Part shown: in pieces, positions 20,875-32,055 of the stretch
How the letters are laid out: every line of letters starts with the position of its first letter
Numbering within the stretch: the first letter of the stretch is position 1
Assembly: GCA_963711565.1 (NCBI GenBank)
Contig: CAVQEQ010000003.1
Span: 64,001 to 128,000, forward strand
Direction: 5' to 3'
Length of the DNA: 64,000 bases
Origin: an uncultured delta proteobacterium
GTDB taxonomy: Bacteria > Desulfobacterota > Binatia > Binatales > Binataceae
Made by a program: the position numbers and the translations under genes
The notes under the pieces: model-generated
What the model saw: the letters and a program-made list of their open reading frames with translations, nothing else
Databases searched by the model: none
What the model was told of the DNA's origin: nothing

Positions 20875-22008
20875 ATGGCAGAGACCGCACTATCGAAGCT
20901 CGCGCGAATCCGCGAGGAACTGAACCGGATGTTCCTCGAACGAATCGATCTGATCGATGGCGCAATCGTCGCGATGCTGTCGGCAAATCACGTGCTGATA
21001 ATCGGGCCGCCGGGAACGGCGAAGTCGATGCTGGCCGACGAGCTCTGCCGCCGAATCGAGGGTGCGAACTATTTCCAGTGGCTGCTGACGAAGTTCAGTA
21101 CGCCGGAGGAAATTTTCGGCGCGGTCAGCCTGAAGGGACTCGAGGAAGACGACTACCGGCGCGTCACGACCCACAAATTGCCCGAGGCGCACATCGCGTT
21201 CCTCGACGAAATCTTCAAGGCTAACTCCTCGATCCTCAACGCGCTGTTGACGATTATCAACGAGCGGATTTTCCACAACGGACGTGGACGCGTTGCGGTG
21301 CCTCTGATCACGATGTTCGGCGCGTCCAACGAACTGCCCGACGAGGACGAGCTGACTGCGCTCTACGATCGCTTCATGCTGCGCTTCATGGTCGATTACG
21401 TCACCGAGGAACACGGCTTTATCCGCATGATGGCCGGCGGTCCGGAACGCGCGCGCACGACGCTGCAATTTGCGGAACTAGACGAGCTGCGCGCGACGGT
21501 GGCGGCAGTCACGGTGCCGGGGCCGATCCTCGAGGCGATCGCGCAAATTCGACGCGAGCTCGCGCGCGAGCAAATCGTCGTCTCGGATCGGCGCTGGAAA
21601 AACTCGCTCGGCATTTTGCGCGCGCACGCTATCCTTGTCGGACGCACCGCGGTGACCGAAGACGATCTGATGTTCCTCGCGCACGTGTTGTGGAAAGATC
21701 CAGAGGAACGGCCGAAGGTAGTGGAAGCGCTGCGGCGAATCGTGCGCGGCTACGAGGACAAGCTGCAGGAGCTGGTATTCGAGAGCCGCGAGCTGCGCGA
21801 ATATGCCGAGGGGGCGTGGGAGAGTGAGGAGCTGCGGCGGCGCGCGCTGACCGAAGCGAACGCGAAGCTCGCGAATATCGCGGCGCGCTTCGACGTGCTG
21901 TTGAAAGAAGCGTCGGACTCGGGCCGGGCGATTGCGAATGCGGAGCGGATGCGCGTCGAGGTCAAGGATATTCAGCAAGCCGTGTTCCGCAGAAGCGTCG
22001 GCGATTAG
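20875..22008 (+). CDS. MoxR/RavA-subfamily AAA+ ATPase
   Basis: GPPGTAKS, STPEEIFG, FLDEIFKANSSILNALL, ASNELP, LYDRF, VSDRRW. Confidence 0.88.
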   Translation: MAETALSKLARIREELNRMFLERIDLIDGAIVAMLSANHVLIIGPPGTAKSMLADELCRRIEGANYFQWLLTKFSTPEEIFGAVSLKGLEEDDYRRVTTHKLPEAHIAFLDEIFKANSSILNALLTIINERIFHNGRGRVAVPLITMFGASNELPDEDELTALYDRFMLRFMVDYVTEEHGFIRMMAGGPERARTTLQFAELDELRATVAAVTVPGPILEAIAQIRRELAREQIVVSDRRWKNSLGILRAHAILVGRTAVTEDDLMFLAHVLWKDPEERPKVVEALRRIVRGYEDKLQELVFESRELREYAEGAWESEELRRRALTEANAKLANIAARFDVLLKEASDSGRAIANAERMRVEVKDIQQAVFRRSVGD

Positions 22009-22010
22009 AA

Positions 22011-22784
22011 ATGCCCCTCGAGGAATCAACGCCTGCAATCGTACTTCGCGCGCGCGACTACGCCGAGTCAGATCGAATCGTCACGCTGCTGACGCTTAAC
22101 GCGGGCAAGCTCAGCGGAATCGCGAAGGGCGCCAAAGCGTCGCGTCATCGCTTCGAGCGCAAGCTCGAACCGTTTTCGCACGTCGTCCTGCACTATCGAC
22201 GCCGCCCCCACGGGCAGTTGGTGTTTATCACACGGGCCGAAGCCGCCGACCTGACGCAGCACGTGGTCAACGACGACCTCGCGAAGATCGCGCTCGGCAG
22301 CTACATGCTCGAACTCACCGACGCGCTGACCACCGAGGAGAGCGAAGCGGCCGAGGCGTATCGCGTGCTGTCGGAAGGGCTCGGCGCGCTCAGCACGAGA
22401 TTCGCGGACGCCGCGCTGCGCCAGGCCTTCGAGATGCGGCTGCTGGGATGGGCAGGCTTCGGACTCGAGTTCACGCGCTGCCGAATTTGCGCGACGGTCA
22501 ACGGCGACAATGGCGCGACGGTTTACTTCGTCGTGTCGCGCGGCGGGGTCGTATGCTCGAAATGCCGGCCGTCGGTGGCCGAGGGCGCGATCAAGCTGTC
22601 GAGCAGGGGCGCCGCAATCCTCGCGCGACTGGGCAGGTTGCCGATGGACGATTCGCCCGGCTCGGAGGCGGCAGGTCCGGACGGCGCACTCGCGCTGGCA
22701 CGGTTCATCGGATCGATCGTCGATCGGCGGCTGCGCAGCCAGGAATTCCTCGATTCAGTTTTGCCGGGCGCGGGAAAAGCCTGA
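22011..22784 (+). CDS. recO: DNA repair protein RecO
   Basis: AIVLRARDYAESDRIVTLLT, AKGAKAS, LEPF, CxxC...CxxC. Confidence 0.93.
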   Translation: MPLEESTPAIVLRARDYAESDRIVTLLTLNAGKLSGIAKGAKASRHRFERKLEPFSHVVLHYRRRPHGQLVFITRAEAADLTQHVVNDDLAKIALGSYMLELTDALTTEESEAAEAYRVLSEGLGALSTRFADAALRQAFEMRLLGWAGFGLEFTRCRICATVNGDNGATVYFVVSRGGVVCSKCRPSVAEGAIKLSSRGAAILARLGRLPMDDSPGSEAAGPDGALALARFIGSIVDRRLRSQEFLDSVLPGAGKA

Positions 22785-22787
22785 AGA

Positions 22788-23390
22788 TCATCCGCCGGTT
22801 TCGCGGGCCGGCGATTCTCCATACACCACTTCGGGTTCGCGGTAGCGGCCGCCACGATGCTCGATCACGACGATGCCGCAATTCGGCGGCACATGCGCGT
22901 TTTCCCACTTGCCGGTAACGTGCGCCCACACCGCTCGCATCACGCCGCCGTGACTGACGATCACGATCTCATCATCGGGATATTTTGCGGCGACGCGATC
23001 GAGCACTGGCGCCACGCGCTTGAGAACATCCTCATGACTCTCGCCGTTGGGCGCGCGCCATACCCATGAACGCCTCGGATCGAAGGTGGAATCGTTGGCG
23101 ATCGATTCGTACGGCTGCCCCGCGAGGTCGCCGAGACTTTGCTCACGGAACTCCGCCTCGTATTCGATCGGGATGCCGAGTTCCGCCGCGATGATGAGTC
23201 CGGTTTCGCGCGCGCGCGCGAAGGTGCTGGCAATCACGCGAATCGGCTGAAACATCAACTTGATTTTCTGCGCTGCTTCGAGCGCCTGGCGGCGGCCGAG
23301 ATCCGTGATTTTCGCTTCGCCCGAGGTGGTGAAGCGCCGAATCGCGTTGCCCTCGCTCTCGCCGTGACGAACCATTATCAGCTTGCCCAT
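22788..23390 (-). CDS. Histidine phosphatase family protein
   Basis: RHGES, RARET, PNGES, VSHGG, PNCG. Confidence 0.9.
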   Translation of the reverse strand: MGKLIMVRHGESEGNAIRRFTTSGEAKITDLGRRQALEAAQKIKLMFQPIRVIASTFARARETGLIIAAELGIPIEYEAEFREQSLGDLAGQPYESIANDSTFDPRRSWVWRAPNGESHEDVLKRVAPVLDRVAAKYPDDEIVIVSHGGVMRAVWAHVTGKWENAHVPPNCGIVVIEHRGGRYREPEVVYGESPARETGG

Positions 23391-23446
23391 GGAGTCAAAA
23401 TTTTCTCCGAACATTAAGTTTGGTGCGAACGAAACGATACCGCGCT

Positions 23447-24223
23447 TCAAGTCTTGGGCTTGTCGTCTCCGCCGCCGGCTTTTGCGAAGCCGCGGAAGGC
23501 TTCGAACAGATCTATCGGCAGCGGGAAGACGGTCGTCGAGTTGTGATCGGTCGCGATCTCCTTGAGCGTCTGCAAGTAGCGAAGCTGGAGCGTGATCGGA
23601 CTTTTGCTCATAACCACCGCCGCGTCCGCGAGCCGCTGCGACGCCTGAAATTCACCTTCTGCCGCGATCACCTTGGCGCGGCGCTCGCGCTCGGCTTCGG
23701 CCTGCGCCGCGATCGCGCGCTGCATGTCCTGGGGCAGATCGATATTCTTCAGTTCGACCAGGGTGACCTTCACGCCCCACGGCTCGGTTTGCGAATCCAC
23801 TATTTCCTGGATGCGCGCGTTGAGCTTGTCGCGCTGGCTGAGCAGTTCGTCGAGCTCAGTCTGCCCGCCGACGGAGCGCAACGTGGTCTGCGCGAGTTGC
23901 ATCGTTGCGAACAGGTAGTTCGCCACCTCGGTCACGGCGCGCGAAGGATCGACCACGCGAAAATACAGCACCGCGCTCACCTTGACGGTGACGTTGTCTT
24001 TGGTGATGACGTCCTGCGCGGGGATGTCGAGCGTCACCGTCCGCAGATCGATCCGCGCCATCCGCTCGAGCACGGGAATCACGAAAATCACGCCCGGCCC
24101 GCGATAAGGCGTGAGGCGGCCGAGACGAAAGACCACGCCGCGCTCGTACTCGTTGAGCACCTTGAGCCCGCTGATAATAAAGATTGCGCCGATGAAGACG
24201 ACTATGCCGATTCCGCTCGCCAT
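23447..24223 (-). CDS. Slipin / SPFH (stomatin-like) protein
   Basis: [40 protein letters not shown]. Confidence 0.93.
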   Translation of the reverse strand: MASGIGIVVFIGAIFIISGLKVLNEYERGVVFRLGRLTPYRGPGVIFVIPVLERMARIDLRTVTLDIPAQDVITKDNVTVKVSAVLYFRVVDPSRAVTEVANYLFATMQLAQTTLRSVGGQTELDELLSQRDKLNARIQEIVDSQTEPWGVKVTLVELKNIDLPQDMQRAIAAQAEAERERRAKVIAAEGEFQASQRLADAAVVMSKSPITLQLRYLQTLKEIATDHNSTTVFPLPIDLFEAFRGFAKAGGGDDKPKT

Positions 24224-24305
24224 CGCGATTCTCCTTCGCCCCCAATGCGCCCGAGGCGTGTCGATACCCTGCGCTATCTTCGAGCGCTACGCCACCTGCT
24301 GGACT

Positions 24306-25640
24306 TCACGCCAACTTCTGCACTTGCAATTCCAAACCGTTGATCGACTTGACGCGGGCGCGCGCGCCGGGGCTGAGCGCGTCGGCGCTGACGGCGCGCC
24401 AAATCTCGCCATGCACAAATACTTTGCCGGGCGTGCCGGGAGCGATCGCCTCACGCACCTCGCCAACCTCGCCGACGATGCCTTCCGCGCCGGTGGTCGA
24501 GCGCGTGCGGCGCTCGCGCGCCACGATATATCCGATGCCGAGAATAATCACGGTCAGCGCGGTGGCGGCGCCATAGATAATGTCGCGATTAACCGCCAAG
24601 TCGGTCTTCGACGTATCGATAAAAAATAGAGAGCCGATGACGAACGCGGTGACTCCGCCCAAGCCGAGGATTCCGTAGCTGGTGACGAAGGCTTCGGAGA
24701 TCAGCATACCGACGCCGAGAAAAATCAACAGCAAACCGGTCAGGTTCACGGGCAGCACCTGGAACGAGGCGAGCGCGAGGAGCAGGCAAATCGCGCCGGC
24801 GACGCCGGGAAAGATCACACCGGGATGCGCGAACTCGAAGTAGAGGCCGATCAATCCTGCCATCAGCAGCAAATAGACGATGTTGGGATCGGCCAGCACG
24901 TTGAGCAGTTGTTGGCCGGGCGTCATTCGCGCGCGGCGCACCGTCGCGTCGGCCAGCGCAAGCGTCACGGTATGTCCCGCGACCTGGACCTTGCGGCCGG
25001 TGGCCTGGGTCAGCAGACTGCGCAGGTCCGGCGCGACGATGTCGATGACGTTCTTCGCCAGCGCCTCGCGCTCGCCGATCGCGATGCTGTGGCGGACCGC
25101 CTGCTCGACCCAGTCTTCGTTGCGGCCGCGCTGTTGCGCGATCGTGCGCGCGAAGGTCGCGGTGAAGTTCTCGACCTTTTCACCCATCGTGCCCTTAATG
25201 TCTCCGCCGCCCTCCTCCACCGGATGCGCCGCACCAATCGTTGTTCCCGGCGCCATCGCGGCCACATTAGCCGCTTCGGTAATGAAGGTGCCGGCCGACG
25301 CGGCGCTGGCGCCCGACGGCGCGACGTAAACGATCACCGGTATAGACGCGGCCAGGATAGCCTTGACGATCTTTTCCGCGGAGTTGAGCAGACCGCCCGG
25401 CGTGTCGAGCTCGATCACCAACGCGCTGGCGCCGTCCGCATTTGCCGACGCCAGCGAATCTTCGATGTAGGACGCAGTGGCGGGATTGATCGATCCGTCA
25501 ATCGTGATCAGTTCGACCCACGGCGGAGTCGCGACTGTTTTCGCGGTCGCGTCGGCGGCAAGGATTCCCCGCGATGCAAATGCCGCAGTCGCTATCGCGA
25601 ACGCCGCGACTACGAAAACGAATCTTAAGCGCGCGCTCAC
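24306..25640 (-). CDS. nfeD: NfeD membrane-bound ClpP-class protease
   Basis: LDTPGG, AASAG, IGAAHPV, GKVFVHGEIW; GTGA overlap with udg stop. Confidence 0.9.
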   Translation of the reverse strand: MSARLRFVFVVAAFAIATAAFASRGILAADATAKTVATPPWVELITIDGSINPATASYIEDSLASANADGASALVIELDTPGGLLNSAEKIVKAILAASIPVIVYVAPSGASAASAGTFITEAANVAAMAPGTTIGAAHPVEEGGGDIKGTMGEKVENFTATFARTIAQQRGRNEDWVEQAVRHSIAIGEREALAKNVIDIVAPDLRSLLTQATGRKVQVAGHTVTLALADATVRRARMTPGQQLLNVLADPNIVYLLLMAGLIGLYFEFAHPGVIFPGVAGAICLLLALASFQVLPVNLTGLLLIFLGVGMLISEAFVTSYGILGLGGVTAFVIGSLFFIDTSKTDLAVNRDIIYGAATALTVIILGIGYIVARERRTRSTTGAEGIVGEVGEVREAIAPGTPGKVFVHGEIWRAVSADALSPGARARVKSINGLELQVQKLA

Positions 25641-26431
25641 GACGCGGAACCACCGCGCCGCGGAATCGGCATCCCGAGATATTTCATCACTTCCTGAATG
25701 TCGGCCCATACCAGCCGCTTGTCGCCGGGCGTGCGCAGCAGGTATGCGGGATGAAACGTGGGCATGAATCGAATGCCGCGGAAATCTTGCCAGTTGCCGC
25801 GAAGCTTGCTGATTGGAATTTTCACCTTGAGTACCGCCTGCACGGCGAATGTCCCCAGCCCGACAATCGCGCGGGGGCGCACGATATCAATTTGGCGAAA
25901 CAGAAACGGCTCGCACGCAGCGACTTCGTCGGGCTCGGGATTTCGATTGTCGGGCGGGCGGCACTTGATCACGTTGCAGATGTACACGTCGGCGCGGCTG
26001 ATCCCCATGCCGCGCTCGATGATGTCCGTCAGCAACTGACCCGCGCGTCCCACGAACGGCTCCCCGCGAGCGTCCTCGTCGGCGCCGGGCGCCTCGCCAA
26101 CGAACATCAACTGCGCGTTGGGATTACCCACGCCGAAAACAAGATTAGTGCGGCGCCGCGCGAGCTTGCATCGCTGGCAATCGCCGATGAACTCGCGCAA
26201 CTCGTCGAGCGTCGAAGTCTTTTCGAGGCCGGGATATTTCGAGAACAGTTCGCTCGGTATCGGCGCGGCGTCAGGTTTGATCGAGGCGGGAGCCGACGCG
26301 GCGGGCGTCGCGCGTGGCGTCGGAGACGCGGACGCCGGAAGACCTTCCATGCCCTCTTCGCGCAACTGCTCGACGTAGTCGCGAATCGTGGCGACGATCG
26401 TGCGGCGATCCGGCGGCGATGACGCGTCCAT
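25637..26431 (-). CDS. Family 4 uracil-DNA glycosylase (Fe-S)
   Basis: [32 protein letters not shown]. Confidence 0.93.
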   Translation of the reverse strand: MDASSPPDRRTIVATIRDYVEQLREEGMEGLPASASPTPRATPAASAPASIKPDAAPIPSELFSKYPGLEKTSTLDELREFIGDCQRCKLARRRTNLVFGVGNPNAQLMFVGEAPGADEDARGEPFVGRAGQLLTDIIERGMGISRADVYICNVIKCRPPDNRNPEPDEVAACEPFLFRQIDIVRPRAIVGLGTFAVQAVLKVKIPISKLRGNWQDFRGIRFMPTFHPAYLLRTPGDKRLVWADIQEVMKYLGMPIPRRGGSAS

Positions 26432-26437
26432 TGAGAA

Positions 26438-27688
26438 TTATCTGACGGCGCGCAGGCGCGAGGGTTTTTCCGGCCGCCCGGATTTCGGTTTGGCGCCGCG
26501 AAGCGCGACGATTCGATCGAGGATCAGGTCAGCGACGGCGTCCTTGGACATCTGCGGATGGCTCCGGGAGCTGCCGTCAGCGCCGATGAGCGCGACGATA
26601 TTGGTATCGACCTCGAAGCCGGCGCCCTCCCGGGTCACGTCGTTGGCGACGATCAGGTCGAGTCCTTTGCGCTTGAGCTTGGCCCGCGCGTTGGCTTCGA
26701 GGTCGTCGGTCTCGGCCGCGAATCCTACCAGGATGCGCGCGCCCTTCTTCGCCGCAATTCGCGGCATCTCGTCCGCAATCGACTCCATCTCGAGTCGAAG
26801 ACCGCGCGCATCTTTCTTGATCTTGCCGGCCGCTGGATTCGCGGGGCGGAAATCCGCTACTGCCGCCGCCATCACGAGCACCGTTGACCAGGGAAAATTG
26901 CTGCTGGTCTTCGCGAGCATCGCGGACGCCGCCACCGTGTCGATCCGCTCGACGCCATAAGGCGTCGCGAGCGCCGACGGTCCCGCTACTATTCGCACCG
27001 ACGCACCACGCCGCCAGGCCGCGCGCGCTATCGCAAACCCCATCTTGCCCGACGAACTGTTCGAGACGAATCGCACCGGATCGATCGGTTCCCTGGTCGG
27101 CCCCGCCGTCACCAGGATTTTTTCATCCGCCAGATCCTGCGCGGACAGCATCTTCTCGATTTCCGCGACTACGATCGCCGGATCTGGCAGGCGACCCTTG
27201 CCCTCGTAGCCGCATGCAAGCGCGCCCTCGCCAGGCTCGATAATCACTGCACCGTGCGCGCGCAGCTTGGCGAGATTCTCCGCGACCGTCGGATGCTCGT
27301 ACATGTGCACGTTCATCGCGGGCGCGAACGCGACTTTCGCGCGCGTCGCGAGCAGCACGGTTGTCACGATGTCATCCGCAATGCCGACCGCGGCCTTTGC
27401 GATCACATCGGCCGTCGCGGGCGCGATCACGATCGCATCCGCGCTGTCGGCGAGTCGTATGTGTCCGATCTCGGATTCCTGCGTGAGAGAAAAGGTGTCG
27501 GTGGCGACAGGATTTGCGCTCAGCGTCTGGAGCGTCAGCGGCGTGATGAACTCGGTAGCGTTGCGCGTCATCATCACACGAACGTTCGCGCCCGAGGTGA
27601 CGAGCAGGCGCACAAGTTCCGCGGATTTGTAAGCGGCAATTCCACCACTCACGCCGAGCACGATCGTCTTGCCGTCAAGCACGCCCAT
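26438..27688 (-). CDS. coaBC: Bifunctional PPC decarboxylase / PPC synthetase
   Basis: GGIAAYK, PAMN, TAGPTREPIDPVRF, GFAAET. Confidence 0.96.
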   Translation of the reverse strand: MGVLDGKTIVLGVSGGIAAYKSAELVRLLVTSGANVRVMMTRNATEFITPLTLQTLSANPVATDTFSLTQESEIGHIRLADSADAIVIAPATADVIAKAAVGIADDIVTTVLLATRAKVAFAPAMNVHMYEHPTVAENLAKLRAHGAVIIEPGEGALACGYEGKGRLPDPAIVVAEIEKMLSAQDLADEKILVTAGPTREPIDPVRFVSNSSSGKMGFAIARAAWRRGASVRIVAGPSALATPYGVERIDTVAASAMLAKTSSNFPWSTVLVMAAAVADFRPANPAAGKIKKDARGLRLEMESIADEMPRIAAKKGARILVGFAAETDDLEANARAKLKRKGLDLIVANDVTREGAGFEVDTNIVALIGADGSSRSHPQMSKDAVADLILDRIVALRGAKPKSGRPEKPSRLRAVR

Positions 27689-27744
27689 CGGACTTTGATT
27701 CTAATGCGCCGCGCGCGCGCGCGAAACGGCCTACATATCGACTG

Positions 27745-29064
<1,320 letters not shown>

Positions 29065-29083
29065 ACTCTAGAGCTCCCTGGCA

Positions 29084-29419
29084 TCAGCCCTTGCGGAATC
29101 GCGAAGGAAATTCGGCGCCGAAGGTTTGATCGGGATGGAGCACGCGCGCGCGCTCGATGAGGACCTCTTCGGTCTCGGGAATATTGGGATCGGGGATGCA
29201 GCAATCGACCGGGCATACCGCGGCGCACTGTTCCTGATCGAAGAAGCCGACGCACTCAGTGCACTTGTCGGGGACGATATAATAGATGTCGTCCTTGATC
29301 GCGGGCTTGTTCGCGCCATTGAGTTCCCACTGCGCGCCGCCCTCGTAAATCGCGGTGTTGGGGCACTCGGGCTCGCACGCACCGCAATTGATGCATTCTT
29401 CAGTTATCAGCGTGGACAT
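29084..29419 (-). CDS. YfhL-type 2[4Fe-4S] ferredoxin
   Basis: [18 protein letters not shown]...[10 protein letters not shown]. Confidence 0.9.
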   Translation of the reverse strand: MSTLITEECINCGACEPECPNTAIYEGGAQWELNGANKPAIKDDIYYIVPDKCTECVGFFDQEQCAAVCPVDCCIPDPNIPETEEVLIERARVLHPDQTFGAEFPSRFRKG

Positions 29420-29523
29420 TTTCCAGCTCCAGGACTGGTCCTTGTTTTGACAAATCGATCGGACCGAACGGCAACAATATCGGCGTGTGACAGGAGGAGC
29501 AAGTATTCCAAATCGCCGATCGG

Positions 29524-30573
29524 TCAGTCGGCAACCGCGTCTGCGATGCGTCGAGCGAGTTCCAGAAACGCGATGCTCGCCGGATGCGCCGGGTTCGCGA
29601 CGACAATCGGCATGCCGTCGTCGCCGGCCTGTCGCACGTCGGGGTAAATCGGAATCCTCGCGAGCAGTTCGGTCCCTTCCTCCGCGGCCATCCGCTCGCC
29701 GCCGCCGTAGCCGAAAAGTTCGTCGCGCTCGCCGCAATCGGGACAGACGAAATAACTCATGTTCTCGACCACGCCGAGAATCGGGCAATGCACCTGGCGA
29801 AACATCTTGACGGCGCGCGTCGCGTCGAGCAGCGCCACGTCCTGCGGCGTCGTCACGATCACGGCGCCATCGAGCGAGACCTGCTGTGCGAGCGTCAACT
29901 GCGCATCACCGGTGCCCGGTGGCAAGTCGACGATCAGGAAATCCTGCGAGCCCCACAGCGTGTCTTTGAGAAACTGCCGCACCGCACCCATCACCATCGG
30001 TCCGCGCCAGATGACGGGCGCCTTCTCGCCGAGAAAAAATCCGATCGAGATCAGCTTCACGCCGTACTTCTCGATCGGGTAGAAATTCTGCCCGCCCGCC
30101 GACTTCGGCCGCTCGTCTCCGACGTTGAACATCATCGGCACCGACGGCCCGTAGATGTCGGCGTCGAGCAGGCCGACGCTGAGCCCCAGGCGCGCGAGCG
30201 CCACCGCGATATTCGCCGCGATCGTGGATTTGCCGACACCGCCCTTGCCGCTGCCCACTGCGATGATGTGCTTGGTACCTTCGAGGCGCACGCGCCCGGT
30301 TTTCTCGCCGAGCTCAGCTTCGATCCGATGCACCCGCAATTCGACGCTCGGCACGCCAAGGTCGTGGGTCAGCGCGCGATGGATGCTTGCCGCGAGCTCG
30401 CGGATCACCTCATCGCGCTCGGTAACCTGTCGCAGGGTGATCGCATACCCGCCATTTTGCGTCGGCTGCGCATCCTCGACCAACCCAAGCGCGACGATGT
30501 CAGCCGAGTACCCGGGATACTTTACGTGTCCAAGAGCCTCGATAACCGCGTCGTTAGGAACCTGCCGTGCCAC
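29524..30573 (-). CDS. mrp: Mrp/NBP35 Fe-S cluster carrier ATPase
   Basis: [38 protein letters not shown]. Confidence 0.93.
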   Translation of the reverse strand: MARQVPNDAVIEALGHVKYPGYSADIVALGLVEDAQPTQNGGYAITLRQVTERDEVIRELAASIHRALTHDLGVPSVELRVHRIEAELGEKTGRVRLEGTKHIIAVGSGKGGVGKSTIAANIAVALARLGLSVGLLDADIYGPSVPMMFNVGDERPKSAGGQNFYPIEKYGVKLISIGFFLGEKAPVIWRGPMVMGAVRQFLKDTLWGSQDFLIVDLPPGTGDAQLTLAQQVSLDGAVIVTTPQDVALLDATRAVKMFRQVHCPILGVVENMSYFVCPDCGERDELFGYGGGERMAAEEGTELLARIPIYPDVRQAGDDGMPIVVANPAHPASIAFLELARRIADAVAD

Positions 30574-30598
30574 TTATGCAATTATCGCAGATGCATTA

Positions 30599-30628
30599 GC
30601 GCGTCGAAAGCATCGGCAACGGCGGCCG
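30599..30628. repeat. Segment X upstream of mrp (duplicated at 31416)
   Basis: gcgcgtcgaaagcatcggcaacggcggccg versus gcgcgtcgaaagcat-ggcgacggcggccg. Confidence 0.8.
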
Positions 30629-30668
30629 CCTCCGCTTGCGGTGCGGTGCTCTGCAGCGCGCTTACTGT

Positions 30669-30697
30669 TTGACGGTAACCGCGTGGCGCATTACGAT
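30669..30697 (+). promoter_or_regulatory. Sigma70-like promoter and operator of higBA
   Basis: TTGACG-17-TACGAT; spacer holds the imperfect palindrome gtaaccgcgtggcgcattac; ATG 6 nt after the -10. Confidence 0.65.
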
Positions 30698-30703
30698 ACG
30701 ATT

Positions 30704-30985
30704 ATGATCAAGAGCTTTCGCGACTCCCGCGCAAAGGCTCTGTTCGATCAACGGGACGTGCCGGCGTTGCGGCATATCGAGCGAGCGGCGCGGCGGAAAC
30801 TGGAAGCGTTGGATTCGGCGCTCCAACTCGGGGATCTCGCGGCTTCGCGAGGCAATCATTTGGAAGCCTTGAAGGGTAGCCGTGTCGGGCAGCACAGCAT
30901 TCGAATCAATGAACAATATCGAATCTGTTTCGTGTGGCAAAAGGGCGACGCGGCAGACGTCGAGATAGTCGATTACCACCGGTGA
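30704..30985 (+). CDS. higB: HigB (RelE/ParE-superfamily) toxin
   Basis: MIKSFRD, GNHLEALKG, GQHSIRINEQYRICF, DVEIVDYH. Confidence 0.92.
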   Translation: MIKSFRDSRAKALFDQRDVPALRHIERAARRKLEALDSALQLGDLAASRGNHLEALKGSRVGQHSIRINEQYRICFVWQKGDAADVEIVDYHR

Positions 30986-31005
30986 GGTGCCTGGAGAAAT
31001 TAAAA

Positions 31006-31317
31006 ATGGCGAATGCAAAAAAACTGTCCCCTATTTTTCCGGGCGAGATATTGAACGAGGATTACCTGATTCCCGCCGGCATCAGCATCAACCGGCTCGC
31101 GATGGACATTCATGTGCCGGTCTCGCGCGTCTATGAGATCGTTAAAGGCGAGCGCGCGATCACAGCGGACACGGCGCTGAGACTGGCGCGATACCTTGGC
31201 ACGACAGCAGAGTTCTGGATGAACTTGCAGACGAAGTACGAACTGCGCAAAGCTACAGACGAACGTGCCGCGAAGATTGCCGTCGAGGTACGTCCGCTCG
31301 CTGCAGCCGGACGCTGA
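31006..31317 (+). CDS. higA: HigA antitoxin (XRE HTH)
   Basis: PGEILNEDYL, GERAITADTALRLARY, FWMNLQ. Confidence 0.93.
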   Translation: MANAKKLSPIFPGEILNEDYLIPAGISINRLAMDIHVPVSRVYEIVKGERAITADTALRLARYLGTTAEFWMNLQTKYELRKATDERAAKIAVEVRPLAAAGR

Positions 31318-31332
31318 ACGACGCCGCACATC

Positions 31333-31414
31333 TCAAGCCTTCGTCGCCTTGATCGAAAAGATCGTCGGGATTCGGATCGCCTTCGATGTGCCACAGCCCG
31401 TCGCTGCTCTGCTT
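31333..31414 (-). pseudogene. Displaced duplicate (Y') of the 3' end of the methyltransferase at 32056-32850
   Basis: 82 bp matching 32056-32136 with 4 substitutions and 1 insertion, including the stop codon. Confidence 0.9.
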
Positions 31415-31415
31415 G

Positions 31416-31444
31416 GCGCGTCGAAAGCATGGCGACGGCGGCCG
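31416..31444. repeat. Segment X' (copy of 30599-30628)
   Basis: See X; directly fused to Y'. Confidence 0.8.
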
Positions 31445-31496
31445 ATGATTCGTTGACAACCGATACCGGTCAGCAGACATAATAAACGCACTCCGC

Positions 31497-31751
31497 ATGA
31501 AGAATCGCGCCTACATAGTGAACGCTTTCTGGGACACGGAAGCTAAAGTTTGGGTCGCTACCAGCGACAACGTCCCAGGACTCGCCACCGAAGCGCGAGA
31601 CGTTGACGTGCTAATCAAAAAACTCCGCGTCATGATTCCAGAGCTTCTCGAAGCCAACGGGCTTTTACCGCGCAAGCGCGGCCGCGCCGTCCTCGACGTT
31701 CCCTTCGAAGTTCGCGCCGAGTATCACGAGCGCCTTCGACTGCAGGCCTGA
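31497..31751 (+). CDS. DUF1902 / short HicB-like antitoxin
   Basis: AFWDTEAKVWVATSDNVPGLATEA, IPELLEANG. Confidence 0.85.
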   Translation: MKNRAYIVNAFWDTEAKVWVATSDNVPGLATEARDVDVLIKKLRVMIPELLEANGLLPRKRGRAVLDVPFEVRAEYHERLRLQA

Positions 31752-31831
31752 GGAAACTGCATAGGGGGAATTTAATTCCCCCGTTTACGCAGTACTCCGG
31801 GCTGGTTAGGTTCGAATCTCGGAGTCGCACC

Positions 31832-32029
31832 GTGTCGCAGAGCTTTACTCCCCAATTAAAGAAGATCCTGAGAAGCGCTGGCTGTACTTTCGTCCGCCAT
31901 GGAAAAGGCGATCACGAAATCTGGATCAATCCTGCCACTCGGAAACAATTCACCGTCGACGGCAAAATTCTGTCTCGACATACCGCCAACGCGGTGCTCA
32001 AGGAAGCGGGCCTCCCCAAAGCCTTCTAG
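31832..32029 (+). CDS. hicA: HicA-family toxin
   Basis: GCTFVRHGKGDHEIW, HTANAVLKEAGL. Confidence 0.9.
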   Translation: MSQSFTPQLKKILRSAGCTFVRHGKGDHEIWINPATRKQFTVDGKILSRHTANAVLKEAGLPKAF

Positions 32030-32055
32030 TCGCGCACAGGTCGCGACTCCTTCGA

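Noticed and set aside
30155-30985. 276-aa extended HigB ORF
   Set aside because: The real toxin begins at ATG 30704 behind its own promoter; the rest is antisense to mrp
31794-31831. tRNA-like 'ggttcgaatc' T-loop before hicA (possible att/tRNA fragment)
   Set aside because: Flanks do not form a T-stem, acceptor stem or CCA; better explained as a simple hairpin
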